The notes under the pieces are model-generated. The model saw nothing but the letters and a program-made list of their open reading frames with translations. It was not told the origin of the DNA and made no database searches. Both the position numbers and the translations under genes were made by a program. Positions 8,790 to 19,004 of a stretch of DNA of 64,000 nucleotides are shown in pieces. Location: the NCBI GenBank assembly GCA_948442255.1, contig CAOJRT010000001.1, positions 15,919-79,918 of the forward strand, written 5' to 3'. The DNA is from an uncultured Bacillales bacterium (lineage in GTDB: Bacteria > Bacillota_I > Bacilli_A > RF39 > UBA660). Position 1 is the stretch's first letter. Each line of letters begins with the position of its first letter.

Positions 8790-10650
8790 CTTTACCATAT
8801 TCCTTTTTTAAATAAACAGAAAGAATGGAAATATCTGCTGGGTTTACTCCACTAATACGAATGGCTTGCGCAATAGTAGTTGGTCTTACTTCCTTTAGTT
8901 TTTGTCTTGCTTCTGAAGCAATATTTTTTACTAAATCGTAATCTATGTCAGCAGGTATTTTTTTCTTTTCTAGTTTTATTAATTTTTCTGCTTCTTTATA
9001 GGCCTTATTTATATAACCTTCATATTTTAAGTTAATGCTTACTTGTTCTTTTATTTCTTCTGTAAAAGGAATTTCTATTAATTGACTTAAAAAATCCATC
9101 GTTATTTCTGGTCTTTTAATTAATTGTTCTAAACTTAAAGAAGCGGCTGGTACTGCTATATTATTTTTTAAGAATATTTCTTTTCTTTCGGGAGTTATCT
9201 TTAATTTTGTTTCTTTCATGTACTCTTGTAGTTCTTTTATTTGAGTGTCTTTGGTACGAAGTTTCGTAATTTGTTCCTCATTTATCGTTCCTATTTGATA
9301 ACCATATTCACGGAGGCGTAAGTCCGCATTGTCATGTCTTAGGAGAAGACGAAATTCGGCTCTACTTGTTAATAAACGATAAGGATCTCTAATTCCTTTT
9401 GTAATTAAATCATCAATTAAAACGCCAATATATGCTTCTGATCGTTTTAAAATAAGAGGTTCTTTTCCTTCTAGTTTTAAGCTTGCGTTTATTCCTGCCA
9501 TTAGCCCTTGACATGCAGCTTCTTCATAACCACTTGTTCCATTAATTTGTCCTGCCGTAAATAAATTTTTTAGTACTTTAGTTTCTAAGCTTGCATTTAA
9601 CTGCGTTGGATAGATGGCATCATATTCAATGGCATAGCCATATTTTACTATTTTGGCATTTTCTAAGCCAGGTAGGCTATGAACCATTTTCTCTTGGACC
9701 TCAGGTGGCATTGAAGTAGAAAAACCTTGTAAATAGATATCATCATAATATCTACTTTCTGGTTCTAAGAACAATTGATGTCTTTCTTTATCAGCAAATC
9801 TTACTACTTTGTCTTCAATGGAAGGACAATATCTTGGTCCTACCCCTTTAATATCATCTAATGCTCCATACATACTAGATTTGTTTAAGTTTTCTCTTAT
9901 AATTTTATGTGTTTCTTCTGTCGTATAGGTTAGATAACATGGTTCTTGTTCTTCTATTTTATAACAAGGTTCTAAATCATAACTAAAAGTTAAATATTTA
10001 TTATCACCTGGCTCTAGCTTGGTTTTTGAAAAATCGATTGTCTTTCGATCTAATCTTTGAGGAGTTCCTGTTTTTAAACGAATAATTTGGAATCCATATC
10101 TTTTTAAATTATCGCTTAAATAGTTAGATGGTAATTCATCATGAGGACCTTTTCTTGTACGAGTATTTCCTACAAGAATATCTGCTTTTAAGTATGTTCC
10201 AGTTGTTAAAATAACTATTTTAGAAGAAATTTCTGTTCCATCTTCTAGAATAACTCCTTTTACAACTCCTTCTTCTACCATTAAATCTTCTACCATGGCT
10301 TCTTTTATTTCTAAAAAGGAAAGACTATTTAGTTCTTTTAACATTTCTTTTGGATAAGCTATTTTATCTCCTTGGGCTCTTAAAGATTGAACAGCTGGTC
10401 CTTTTGCACTATTTAACATCTTTATTTGTAAATGGGTTTTATCAGCAATACGTCCCATGATTCCGCCTAAAGCATCAATTTCTCTTACTACTATGCCTTT
10501 AGCGCTTCCCCCAATATGAGGATTACATGGCATATCGGCTATATTTTTTATATTTCCCGTAATTAAAAGGGTCTTATGATTTTTGATGGCACATGCATGA
10601 GCTGCTTCACAACCAGCATGTCCTCCCCCTACTACTATAATTTCGTACAT
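8782..10650 (-). CDS. mnmG: tRNA uridine 5-carboxymethylaminomethyl modification enzyme MnmG (GidA)
   Basis: FAD-binding N-terminus VVGGGHAGCEAAHA; 622 aa; classic mnmE-mnmG-rsmG cluster. Confidence 0.95.
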   Translation of the reverse strand: MYEIIVVGGGHAGCEAAHACAIKNHKTLLITGNIKNIADMPCNPHIGGSAKGIVVREIDALGGIMGRIADKTHLQIKMLNSAKGPAVQSLRAQGDKIAYPKEMLKELNSLSFLEIKEAMVEDLMVEEGVVKGVILEDGTEISSKIVILTTGTYLKADILVGNTRTRKGPHDELPSNYLSDNLKRYGFQIIRLKTGTPQRLDRKTIDFSKTKLEPGDNKYLTFSYDLEPCYKIEEQEPCYLTYTTEETHKIIRENLNKSSMYGALDDIKGVGPRYCPSIEDKVVRFADKERHQLFLEPESRYYDDIYLQGFSTSMPPEVQEKMVHSLPGLENAKIVKYGYAIEYDAIYPTQLNASLETKVLKNLFTAGQINGTSGYEEAACQGLMAGINASLKLEGKEPLILKRSEAYIGVLIDDLITKGIRDPYRLLTSRAEFRLLLRHDNADLRLREYGYQIGTINEEQITKLRTKDTQIKELQEYMKETKLKITPERKEIFLKNNIAVPAASLSLEQLIKRPEITMDFLSQLIEIPFTEEIKEQVSINLKYEGYINKAYKEAEKLIKLEKKKIPADIDYDLVKNIASEARQKLKEVRPTTIAQAIRISGVNPADISILSVYLKKEYGKDE

Positions 10651-10662
10651 ATAATAACTCCT

Positions 10663-12027
10663 TTATTTCCCAAGACAGAATCGACTAAACATTTCATCTA
10701 ATAATTCTTCTTCGTATGTAGAACCATTTATTTTTCCTAATTCTTCCCAGATTACTTTTATATCCATTTCAATCATGTCAATTGGTAGATTATTTTGGAT
10801 GGATTCTTCTACTTCTTCTATTTTTGTTAAAGCATTTTCTAAGATACTTATACTTCTAGCACTACTTAGATATGTCGGATCTTTTTCTTCTATTTCTGTC
10901 ATATTAAATAGGTCTACTATTTTTTGTTTTAGTTCTTCAATTCCTTCTTTATTTACTATACTCATTTTTACTAATCTATCTTGTTCTATTTTTATATGAT
11001 TTAAATCTACTTTACTAGGTAAATCTATTTTATTTAAAATAATGATGTAATTTTTATTTCCCAAAGATTGTAATAATTTTTCTATTTCTTTTGTTATTTC
11101 TTCGTTATTATTTAAGACAAAAAGAATTAAGTCTGCTTGATTCATCATGGCAAGACTTTTTTCTACTCCCATGGCTTCGATCACATCTTCTGTAGAACGT
11201 ATTCCTGCTGTATCAATTATATTTAGTGGAATTCCATTAATATTGATGTGCCCTTCTACTATGTCTCTTGTAGTTCCAGCAATATCTGTAACAATGGCTT
11301 TCTCTTCTTCAAGTAAAGCATTTAAAAGAGAGCTTTTTCCGACATTTGGTCTGCCAATGATACTTGTTGTAATTCCTTCTTTAATTATTCTTCCATTTTT
11401 ACTTTCTTTTAATATTTTTTGGATTGATTCTTTCACTTTTTTTATTTTTGGTATCATGATATCGTTTGTAATGATGTCCACATCATCGTATTCTGGATAA
11501 TCCATATTCACATTTATGTTGGCGATAATCTGAATCATTTCATCTCGTAAAGTATTTATTAAATCTGATACTTTTCCATTCATTTGGTTGGTTGCTAGTT
11601 CATTTTGTTTTTCTGTAATAGCATTTATTTTATCCATAACCCCTTCAGCTTCTGTTAAATCAATTCTTCCATTTAAGAAAGCTCGTTTGGTAAATTCTCC
11701 TGGTTCTGCTAGACGGCAACCATTTTCTAATAATAATTCTAGTACTTTATTTGTAGGAGCTAGTCCTCCATGTGTATTAATTTCTACTATGTTTTCTTTT
11801 GTATACGTTCTTGGAGCTAACATAATTGATACTAACACTTCATCTATTTCTTTTTGCTTTTTATCTATAAGGTGTCCATAATGGATGGTATGTGAATCTG
11901 CTTTTTCTAAGTTTTTTCCTTTAAAAATATGATTTACTATTTTTACAGATTCTTCTCCACTCACTCTAATAATCGAGATTGCGCCATTTCCTCTGCTAGT
12001 TGCTATAGCACAGATTGTATCAAACAT
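10663..12027 (-). CDS. mnmE: tRNA modification GTPase MnmE (TrmE)
   Basis: G-domain motifs GRPNVGKSSLLN, DTAGIR, NKIDL; C-terminal CLGK. Confidence 0.95.
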   Translation of the reverse strand: MFDTICAIATSRGNGAISIIRVSGEESVKIVNHIFKGKNLEKADSHTIHYGHLIDKKQKEIDEVLVSIMLAPRTYTKENIVEINTHGGLAPTNKVLELLLENGCRLAEPGEFTKRAFLNGRIDLTEAEGVMDKINAITEKQNELATNQMNGKVSDLINTLRDEMIQIIANINVNMDYPEYDDVDIITNDIMIPKIKKVKESIQKILKESKNGRIIKEGITTSIIGRPNVGKSSLLNALLEEEKAIVTDIAGTTRDIVEGHININGIPLNIIDTAGIRSTEDVIEAMGVEKSLAMMNQADLILFVLNNNEEITKEIEKLLQSLGNKNYIIILNKIDLPSKVDLNHIKIEQDRLVKMSIVNKEGIEELKQKIVDLFNMTEIEEKDPTYLSSARSISILENALTKIEEVEESIQNNLPIDMIEMDIKVIWEELGKINGSTYEEELLDEMFSRFCLGK

Positions 12028-12120
12028 AGTATCACTCCCCTTTCGAGGTATTATAGCACATATTTATACATTGAGAAATATATTTTATTTCCCGGGAAAT
12101 AATTTTTTTTATAAAAAAAA

Positions 12121-12156
12121 GCAAACCTCTAAGCTTTTTATTCGCTTTAGAGGGTG
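12121..12156 (-). terminator. rho-independent terminator downstream of jag
   Basis: minus-sense hairpin CCTCTAAAGC...GCTTAGAGG followed by TTTGCTTTTTTTT. Confidence 0.5.
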
Positions 12157-12159
12157 CTT

Positions 12160-12783
12160 TTATTCGTCTTCTTTGTTCTCTTTGTATTTTATTACGATAT
12201 GTCGGTGCGGTTCTTCGCCTTCACTTGTTGTCGTAATATTTTTAAAATTAGCTAAGGCATTATGAATGATACGCCTTTCATAAGAATTCATATCATCAAG
12301 TTTGACATCTATTTTAGTACGAATTACTTCTTTGGCAATTCTTTTAGCATTTCTTTCTAAATGTTCGTTTTTCTTTTCTTTATAGTTTTCTACATCTAAT
12401 AAAATATAAGGATACATTCCAATTTCATTATGAACAATTTGTCTTAGAACTGTTTGCATTGCAATTAAAGTCTGTCCATTTCTTCCAATCAATATATTAT
12501 TTTTATCAGAATAAATCTTAATATTAATTTGTTCTTCTCTTATATTGGTTTCAAATTTCGCATCTATACCCATATTATTTAATAAAACTTCTAGTTTCTC
12601 TTTTATGAAAGATGCTACTTCTTTAATTTCGATTGCTTTGTAGACATAAGTTGATGATTTAAATAGTTTTCCCTTTTTTTCTTCCGTTTTTGCCATGATT
12701 TCTGTTTCACTGACTTGTAGTTCTTTTAAAGCTTTTTCTTTCGCTTCTTCTACTGTTTTTCCCTCGAATACTTCTAACTTCAT
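12160..12783 (-). CDS. khpB: Jag/KhpB RNA-binding protein (KH + R3H domains)
   Basis: C-terminal R3H-like region (RRIIHNALANF), conserved position between yidC and mnmE. Confidence 0.85.
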   Translation of the reverse strand: MKLEVFEGKTVEEAKEKALKELQVSETEIMAKTEEKKGKLFKSSTYVYKAIEIKEVASFIKEKLEVLLNNMGIDAKFETNIREEQINIKIYSDKNNILIGRNGQTLIAMQTVLRQIVHNEIGMYPYILLDVENYKEKKNEHLERNAKRIAKEVIRTKIDVKLDDMNSYERRIIHNALANFKNITTTSEGEEPHRHIVIKYKENKEDE

Positions 12784-12784
12784 T

Positions 12785-13732
12785 TTAAATCCTCTTCTCT
12801 TTTTTCTCTAATATTTTCTTGATTATTAAATTTTGTATAACTGCAAAACCATTTGTTACAATCCAATATAAAGCAATTGCTGTTGGTAGACTTAAAGATG
12901 CAATGGATACCATGAGAATCATGAATATAAACATCATTTTCATTTGTTGAACCATTTCTGAGTTTGGACTTTGACTTGCCATAGAATTTTTAAACGATAA
13001 GTAAGTAGTCACGATGATTAAAATGATTAAAATTATGTAGATATAATTATGATGAGCTACTCCAGTAGCTGGAGTCATTCCTAGATTCATTGTTAAGAAA
13101 GTTCCTTCAAATATAGCTGGTACCCTATTAATTGCTTCTAAGAAAGCAAAAAATAAAGGGAGTTGAATAAATGCGAGGATACAACCACTTACAGGATTGA
13201 TTTTATATTTTTTATAAAGTAGCATTGTTTCTTGGCTTTTAGCCATTAAAGATTCATTATCTGTCTTGTTTTTATACTTTTTTTCAATCTTTTCTATCTC
13301 TGGTTGCGCTTTTTTCATGTTTTCTGATTGATTTACTGTTTTAATTTGAATTGGTAGCATAATCAAACGTATTAATAAGCCAATAATCATTACAGAAATA
13401 CCCATGTTATTTACTAATTTACCAAATTTTAAGATGATGTATGCAAGAGGTTTTATAAATATGGATTCCCATAAACTCTTGTACTTTATCTTATTTGGAG
13501 TAAATGTGGAACAAGTGGGTAAATCGTCTAATGGTATCGCTAACTTATCATTGTATTCTTTGTAAGTTTCATAAAGTTTTTCATCACTCGGTTGACATAA
13601 TATATTGGAGGTTAGTGTTTGACCTGTCTCCTCATTTGTTACGACGTTTTTTCCATCTTTTAAGGTCTTTGTACACCCTGTACTTAGGATTAAAAGAACT
13701 GCTAAAACGAATATTTGTAATTTCTTTTTCAC
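12785..13732 (-). CDS. yidC: membrane protein insertase YidC/SpoIIIJ (lipoprotein-type)
   Basis: probable GTG start at 13730-13732 (VKKKLQIFVLAVLLILSTGC lipobox) with AGGTGA RBS; the track ORF start at 13801 would overlap rnpA. Confidence 0.85.
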   Translation of the reverse strand: MKKKLQIFVLAVLLILSTGCTKTLKDGKNVVTNEETGQTLTSNILCQPSDEKLYETYKEYNDKLAIPLDDLPTCSTFTPNKIKYKSLWESIFIKPLAYIILKFGKLVNNMGISVMIIGLLIRLIMLPIQIKTVNQSENMKKAQPEIEKIEKKYKNKTDNESLMAKSQETMLLYKKYKINPVSGCILAFIQLPLFFAFLEAINRVPAIFEGTFLTMNLGMTPATGVAHHNYIYIILIILIIVTTYLSFKNSMASQSPNSEMVQQMKMMFIFMILMVSIASLSLPTAIALYWIVTNGFAVIQNLIIKKILEKKEKRI

Positions 13733-13740
13733 GTTTTCAC

Positions 13741-14061
13741 CTATTTTTCTAAAAGTTCTACAAAAGATGCTCGCATTTCTGCAAAAGAGGATTCTTTGCA
13801 TCTCTTTCTTATCATTATAATATAATTGTAGCCATTTTTAAATATATTTTTATATTCATCTATTATTCCTCTTGTTTGTCTTTTTAATTTATTACGAATT
13901 ACAGCATGGCCAACTTTATTACTTATAGCGATTCCATATTGCTTTTTTTCGTCTTCTCTTTTCCTTATATATATAATATAATGCTCATTTTTTTTATATT
14001 TGCCATTTTTTATAATGTCAGTAAAAAGTTTTTTGTCTTTTATGGTTTCTATTCTTTTCAT
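13741..14061 (-). CDS. rnpA: ribonuclease P protein component
   Basis: 106 aa basic protein immediately downstream of rpmH. Confidence 0.85.
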   Translation of the reverse strand: MKRIETIKDKKLFTDIIKNGKYKKNEHYIIYIRKREDEKKQYGIAISNKVGHAVIRNKLKRQTRGIIDEYKNIFKNGYNYIIMIRKRCKESSFAEMRASFVELLEK

Positions 14062-14104
14062 AAAATCTTCCTTTTTATGTAAAAAGCCACTAAAAAATAG
14101 TGGC

Positions 14105-14230
14105 TTATTTTACAACGATATTTTTACGTCCTTTGTTTCTTCTTGATTTTAAAACGTTACTTTCTTTTCTAGCAAAGAATCCATGTTTTTTTGCTCTTTT
14201 TCTATTATTTGGTTGATAAGTTCTTTTCAT
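14105..14230 (-). CDS. rpmH: 50S ribosomal protein L34
   Basis: hand translation [41 protein letters not shown] (41 aa); absent from the >=60 aa ORF track. Confidence 0.9.
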   Translation of the reverse strand: MKRTYQPNNRKRAKKHGFFARKESNVLKSRRNKGRKNIVVK

Positions 14231-14319
14231 GTTTCACACCTCCACATCTAAATAAGCTCTCTTATTATAATATTAGATAAGAATGAAAGTCAAGAATTAT
14301 GTGCTTATTCCTTTGCAAA

Positions 14320-14402
14320 ATTGTTTTATCCACAGATGCCTGTTAATATGTGCATAACTTTTTTCACATGTGAATTTAAATTTTGTGGATAGTGTGAATA
14401 AA
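14320..14402. promoter_or_regulatory. oriC upstream DnaA-box cluster / dnaA promoter region
   Basis: TTATCCACA at 14326-14334; TGTGGATAG at 14384-14392; TGTGAATAA at 14393-14401; between divergent rpmH and dnaA. Confidence 0.7.
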
Positions 14403-14544
14403 TCAAGCGAAACTTTATTTTTTCGAAAAACTTTTGTTAGTTATTTTGTTTATATGCTGTGAATTCTTTTTATTTATGATTTTTTTCCTTTTCATTTTCC
14501 ACAGGTTGAATTATAATATTTGTACAAATGTGCAAAGTGGGGTG

Positions 14545-15918
14545 ATGGGATTGAACATTGATGATATATGGATGCATGTTCTTGAGCTGATAAAAAAAGA
14601 ACTAAATCCTGTATCTTTTAGTACTTGGTTCGGTGAAACCAAAGTATATTCTCTAACAAATGAAAAAATTACATTGCAGGTTCCCATGCCTTTGCACAAA
14701 AGAATGCTTTTATCTAATTATTATGATTTAATTAAAGATTCTTTTTTACAAATAACAGGAAGCGAAAGAGAGATTGATTGTTTATTGGAAGAAGAAATAA
14801 AGGAACCAATAGAACAATTAATTACGGAAGTTGTGCATAATGCGGGAGATATAAACAATTCTTCTTTAAAAAAATATGATACCAATTTAAATGCTTCTTT
14901 AAATTTTGATAACTTTGTAGTAGGGGATACCAATAAATTTGCCAGGACAGCGGCATTTGCAGTTGCTCAAAATCCAGGAGTTCAGTACAATCCTTTGTTT
15001 ATCTATGGAAAAAGTGGGCTTGGAAAAACACATTTAATGCATGCAATTGGAAATTATATTGTTCAAAATAATAAAGATTTACGAGTTTTATATACGACAA
15101 GTGATGATTTTAGAAAAGATTATACGGGAATTGCAAATAAGAATGAAAATTCGTTAGAGTATGCTAATGATTTCAAAGAAAAATATCGTAGTGTGGATGT
15201 ATTGATTATTGATGATATTCAATATTTAGTAGGAGCAGAAAAGACACAAGAAGAATTTTTTCATACTTTTAATGATTTACACGGGAGAAATAAACAGATT
15301 ATAATCAGTTCGGACCGCTCTCCAGAAGATTTAAAAATATTAGAAGAAAGACTCCGTAGTCGCTTTGCTTGGGGACTACCAGTTGATATATATCCACCTG
15401 ATTTTGATTTACGATGTCGAATTATTAGGGATAAGATAAAGCATTTAACCATTGCTGATAAAATGACAGACGAAGCGATTGAGTTTATAGCCAATAACTG
15501 CTATACCGATGTTAGAAGCTTGGAAGGAGCTATTAATCGTTTAGTTGCTTATACCGCAATGTGTGTTCCTGATAAGATTGATTTGGAATTCACAAATGAA
15601 TCATTAAAAGATTATCTAACTGTAAACATTTTTATGATGAATGATATTATTAGTATTCAAAAAGCGGTGGCTGATTATTACAAATTAACAGTAGAAGTAC
15701 TAAAAGGAAAAAAGAGAAGTGCAAATATTGCGTATCCGCGAATGGTGGCAATGTATTTATGTAGAATACTTACGGATCAATCATTTCCACGAATTGGCTT
15801 GGAATTTGGGGGAAGAGATCATTCTACTGTTATACATGCTTGCAATACCATTGAAGAAGATTTAAAAAATAATGGACAATTGCGAGAAATTATTAGTGAA
15901 ATAAAGGCAAAACTCTAA
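14545..15918 (+). CDS. dnaA: chromosomal replication initiator DnaA
   Basis: start reset to ATG 14545 (MGLNIDDIWMHVLE); AAA+ Walker A GKSGLGKTHL; C-terminal DnaA-box-binding domain. Confidence 0.95.
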   Translation: MGLNIDDIWMHVLELIKKELNPVSFSTWFGETKVYSLTNEKITLQVPMPLHKRMLLSNYYDLIKDSFLQITGSEREIDCLLEEEIKEPIEQLITEVVHNAGDINNSSLKKYDTNLNASLNFDNFVVGDTNKFARTAAFAVAQNPGVQYNPLFIYGKSGLGKTHLMHAIGNYIVQNNKDLRVLYTTSDDFRKDYTGIANKNENSLEYANDFKEKYRSVDVLIIDDIQYLVGAEKTQEEFFHTFNDLHGRNKQIIISSDRSPEDLKILEERLRSRFAWGLPVDIYPPDFDLRCRIIRDKIKHLTIADKMTDEAIEFIANNCYTDVRSLEGAINRLVAYTAMCVPDKIDLEFTNESLKDYLTVNIFMMNDIISIQKAVADYYKLTVEVLKGKKRSANIAYPRMVAMYLCRILTDQSFPRIGLEFGGRDHSTVIHACNTIEEDLKNNGQLREIISEIKAKL

Positions 15919-16071
15919 AATTGTTTATATTTTGTTAGTAAATGTGACTTTATGAACAGCTAAAAATTAATTTTTTTGTTGATAATTGTTGATAATGAAA
16001 GACTTATCCACATTATTCACTCTATAATAATAATAAATTTTAAATAAAAGAAAAAAGAAAGAAGGTAAATT
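15919..16071. promoter_or_regulatory. oriC downstream element (DnaA box plus AT-rich unwinding region)
   Basis: TTATCCACA at 16004-16012 flanked by very AT-rich sequence; bipartite origin layout as in Bacillus. Confidence 0.6.
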
Positions 16072-17190
16072 ATGAATTTTACAATTGAAAAAAACATATT
16101 ATTAGAAAATTTATCAAATGTAGTAAAGGCTATTTCTACGAAAAATATTATTCCTATATTAAATGGAGTTAAATTTGAATTAACTAGCGAGGGTTTATAC
16201 TTAACTGCAAGTGATAGTGAATTAACTATACGCTCTTTTATAGATAAAGCATCTATTACCAATATAGAAAGTGAAGGATCTATTATTATTCAAAGTAAAT
16301 TTATCTTAGATATTATTAGAAAAATGCCATCAGATAGTATTCACTTTGAATTAATGGACGGATTAAAAATAAAGATATCTTCCGATAATAGTCAGTATGA
16401 TTTAAATTGTTTGGATCCAAAAGAATATCCTAGTTTAAAATTAGAAGAAAGTGATTCACCAATCATCATAAAAGGAAATACATTTAAAAGTATTATTAGT
16501 CAAACTGTATTTGCAATTTCTACCCAAGAGTTAAGACCGCTTTTAACAGGATTAAATTTTAAAATAGCAGGGGATGTATTAGAATGTATTGCAACAGATT
16601 CTTATCGCTTAGCTAAGAAGAATATCAAATTAGACACTCCTTCTGAAGAGGTAATTAACATAGTTATTCCTGGAAAGAATATTATTGAGCTAGATAAAAT
16701 TATTACAGAAGATGAAAATGTAGAAATGCATGTTTTCTCTAATAAAGTTTTATTTAAATATAAGAATATTATTTTCCAAAGCAATTTATTATCTGGTACT
16801 TATCCTAATACTTCTAATTTAATTCCTAGTGATTTCTCTATTATTGTTAATACAAAATTGGATAATTATTTTTCTGCTATTGATAGAGCTGCATTATTAA
16901 CGCAAAGTAAGGATAAGAATATTGTTAAGATGAGAATTAAGAATAACCAAATGATTATTAATTCTTATGCTTCTGAAATTGGTAAAGTGGAAGAGAAACT
17001 TGATATAGAGACTAGTAATGATGCAAATATTGATATTTCCTTTAGTGCTAAATATATGTTAGATGCTTTAAAAACAATTAAAGATGAAGAAATACTTATT
17101 TTACTTAATGGAGAAGTAAAACCAATTGTTATTAAATCTATGACAGATGAATCATTAATTCAACTTATATTACCAATAAAAACTTATTAA
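16072..17190 (+). CDS. dnaN: DNA polymerase III beta sliding clamp
   Basis: 372 aa, three-domain length, immediately after dnaA. Confidence 0.95.
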   Translation: MNFTIEKNILLENLSNVVKAISTKNIIPILNGVKFELTSEGLYLTASDSELTIRSFIDKASITNIESEGSIIIQSKFILDIIRKMPSDSIHFELMDGLKIKISSDNSQYDLNCLDPKEYPSLKLEESDSPIIIKGNTFKSIISQTVFAISTQELRPLLTGLNFKIAGDVLECIATDSYRLAKKNIKLDTPSEEVINIVIPGKNIIELDKIITEDENVEMHVFSNKVLFKYKNIIFQSNLLSGTYPNTSNLIPSDFSIIVNTKLDNYFSAIDRAALLTQSKDKNIVKMRIKNNQMIINSYASEIGKVEEKLDIETSNDANIDISFSAKYMLDALKTIKDEEILILLNGEVKPIVIKSMTDESLIQLILPIKTY

Positions 17191-17350
17191 TAAAAAGAAA
17201 TAGCTATTGTAAAATAGTTTTTTTTTGGCTTAAAATGCCTATTTTGTCGAAATTTTTAGTTTTTTTTTGATTTTATCGACTTAATTCTTCATTTTACGAC
17301 AAATAAGAGTGGTAAAAGGTTGGTATATTTTGGAAAGAGGAGGTTTTGTT

Positions 17351-17803
17351 ATGGAATCATATGAGATTAATAAAGATACGGTTGCATTAGTTCCAAAAGA
17401 TGAAAATAAGACGATGGTGTATGAAGTGGATAACTCTTTTGTTGTCGACAAGACACCGCTTAAAATAATGGAGGAGAGTTGTGAGTACTTTGGTAGTTCT
17501 TTAGAAGGAAGACAAATTGGCACTGCTTCTTTAATAGGTTATACACATAAAGTTCCTGTTATTGTGGAAGAAACGTTTGATTTGATATTTTTTCCGACCT
17601 TATCACCTAAGAATGAAGAGTGTACTTGGTTATCTTATGCACATATTTTTAAACCTGATAAATTTAAAAATAAAACTATTTTAAATTTAAAAAATGGAAA
17701 AAAAATATTAATTGATATTTCATCTTCTACCATTGATAATCAACTTTATCGATGCTCAAGATTACAAGAAGTATTAAAAATGCGAAAAATAGATAAAAAA
17801 TAA
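17351..17803 (+). CDS. ComK-family competence transcription factor homolog
   Basis: start at ATG 17351 with AAGAGGAGG RBS; matches B. subtilis ComK blocks ESYEINKDTVALVP, YFGSSLEGRQIGT, IFFPTLSPKNEECTWLSYAHI, NQLYRCSRLQ. Confidence 0.7.
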   Translation: MESYEINKDTVALVPKDENKTMVYEVDNSFVVDKTPLKIMEESCEYFGSSLEGRQIGTASLIGYTHKVPVIVEETFDLIFFPTLSPKNEECTWLSYAHIFKPDKFKNKTILNLKNGKKILIDISSSTIDNQLYRCSRLQEVLKMRKIDKK

Positions 17804-17909
17804 TGAAAAAGCTACTCTAAGGTGGCTTTTTTGTGTTATAATGTTAGTGAGGTATAGGAGTACTTAATCATACTTTTTTTTAATATATAGTCAAAAAAGA
17901 GGCCTAAAA

Positions 17910-19004
17910 ATGAAAATACAACATTTGAAAATATTAAATTTTAGAAATTATGAAAGATTAGAACTTAACTTTTCTCCATCTTATAATATAATCTATGGAA
18001 AGAATGGGGCAGGAAAGACCAATTTGATTGAAAGTATTTATGTATTAGCTTTAACCAAATCATTTAGGGGAACTGTTGATAAAATATTACTTATGAACAA
18101 TAAAGATGTTTCTAGGATTGATGGGGAAATAATGGATACTTACTTAACGCATTATCGAATTGTTCTTAAAGGAAGTAGTAAAAAAGTAAAAGTTGATCAA
18201 AATAATGTTTTAAAATTAAGTGATTATATATCGCGAATATGTATTGTACTTTTTAATCCTGATGATCTTCGCTTTATTAAAGATTCTCCCAGTGTGAGAA
18301 GAAATGCTATTAATTTGGAAATATCGCAAATTAACAATATTTATTTAAAGAATTTGAATCAATATAATAAGTTGTTAAAGCAAAGAAATATGTATTTAAA
18401 ATCTATTTACATTAATGCAAATACTTCCCATGATTACTTACAAGTTTTAACTGAAAAATTAATTGATTTGGGAGAGAAGATTTATGTATCTCGGAAAAAA
18501 TATATTGATTTATTAAATGAAGGTATTGCTGATTATTATTATAAAATATGTGGTATTGCTAATTTACATTTAGAATATATTTCCGATTATAAGGACTTTG
18601 ATAAAGAAAAGATAATGAAAAAGTATAGAGATAATTTAAATCGAGATGTCATGTTAGGAAAGACAACTTTTGGTATTCATCATGATGATTTACGATTTAA
18701 GATGAATGATTTGAATATTAAAGACTTTGGGTCAGAAGGACAACAAAAGAACGCAATTATTGCTTATAAATTGGCTCTACTTGATTTGTTTAAATCGATT
18801 CGTAATGATTATCCAATCTTAATATTAGATGATTTATTTAGTGAATTAGATCGAGAAAAGATTAATAATATCTTGCATCTTATTCATCCAGGTATTCAAA
18901 CTTTTATTACTACTACTGAAATAGAGAATATTGAAAAGAATATTTTGGATACGAGTAAATTATTTTATATTGAAGATGGTGTAGTGAGGGAGGAATTAAA
19001 ATGA
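17910..19004 (+). CDS. recF: DNA replication and repair protein RecF
   Basis: Walker [14 protein letters not shown]-like signature, D-loop [11 protein letters not shown]. Confidence 0.95.
   Translation: MKIQHLKILNFRNYERLELNFSPSYNIIYGKNGAGKTNLIESIYVLALTKSFRGTVDKILLMNNKDVSRIDGEIMDTYLTHYRIVLKGSSKKVKVDQNNVLKLSDYISRICIVLFNPDDLRFIKDSPSVRRNAINLEISQINNIYLKNLNQYNKLLKQRNMYLKSIYINANTSHDYLQVLTEKLIDLGEKIYVSRKKYIDLLNEGIADYYYKICGIANLHLEYISDYKDFDKEKIMKKYRDNLNRDVMLGKTTFGIHHDDLRFKMNDLNIKDFGSEGQQKNAIIAYKLALLDLFKSIRNDYPILILDDLFSELDREKINNILHLIHPGIQTFITTTEIENIEKNILDTSKLFYIEDGVVREELK

Noticed and set aside
14434-14544. Long N-terminal extension of the dnaA ORF (MLVILFICCEFFLF...)
   Set aside because: The extension runs through the DnaA-box/promoter region and is hydrophobic nonsense; the conserved DnaA N-terminus begins at ATG 14545
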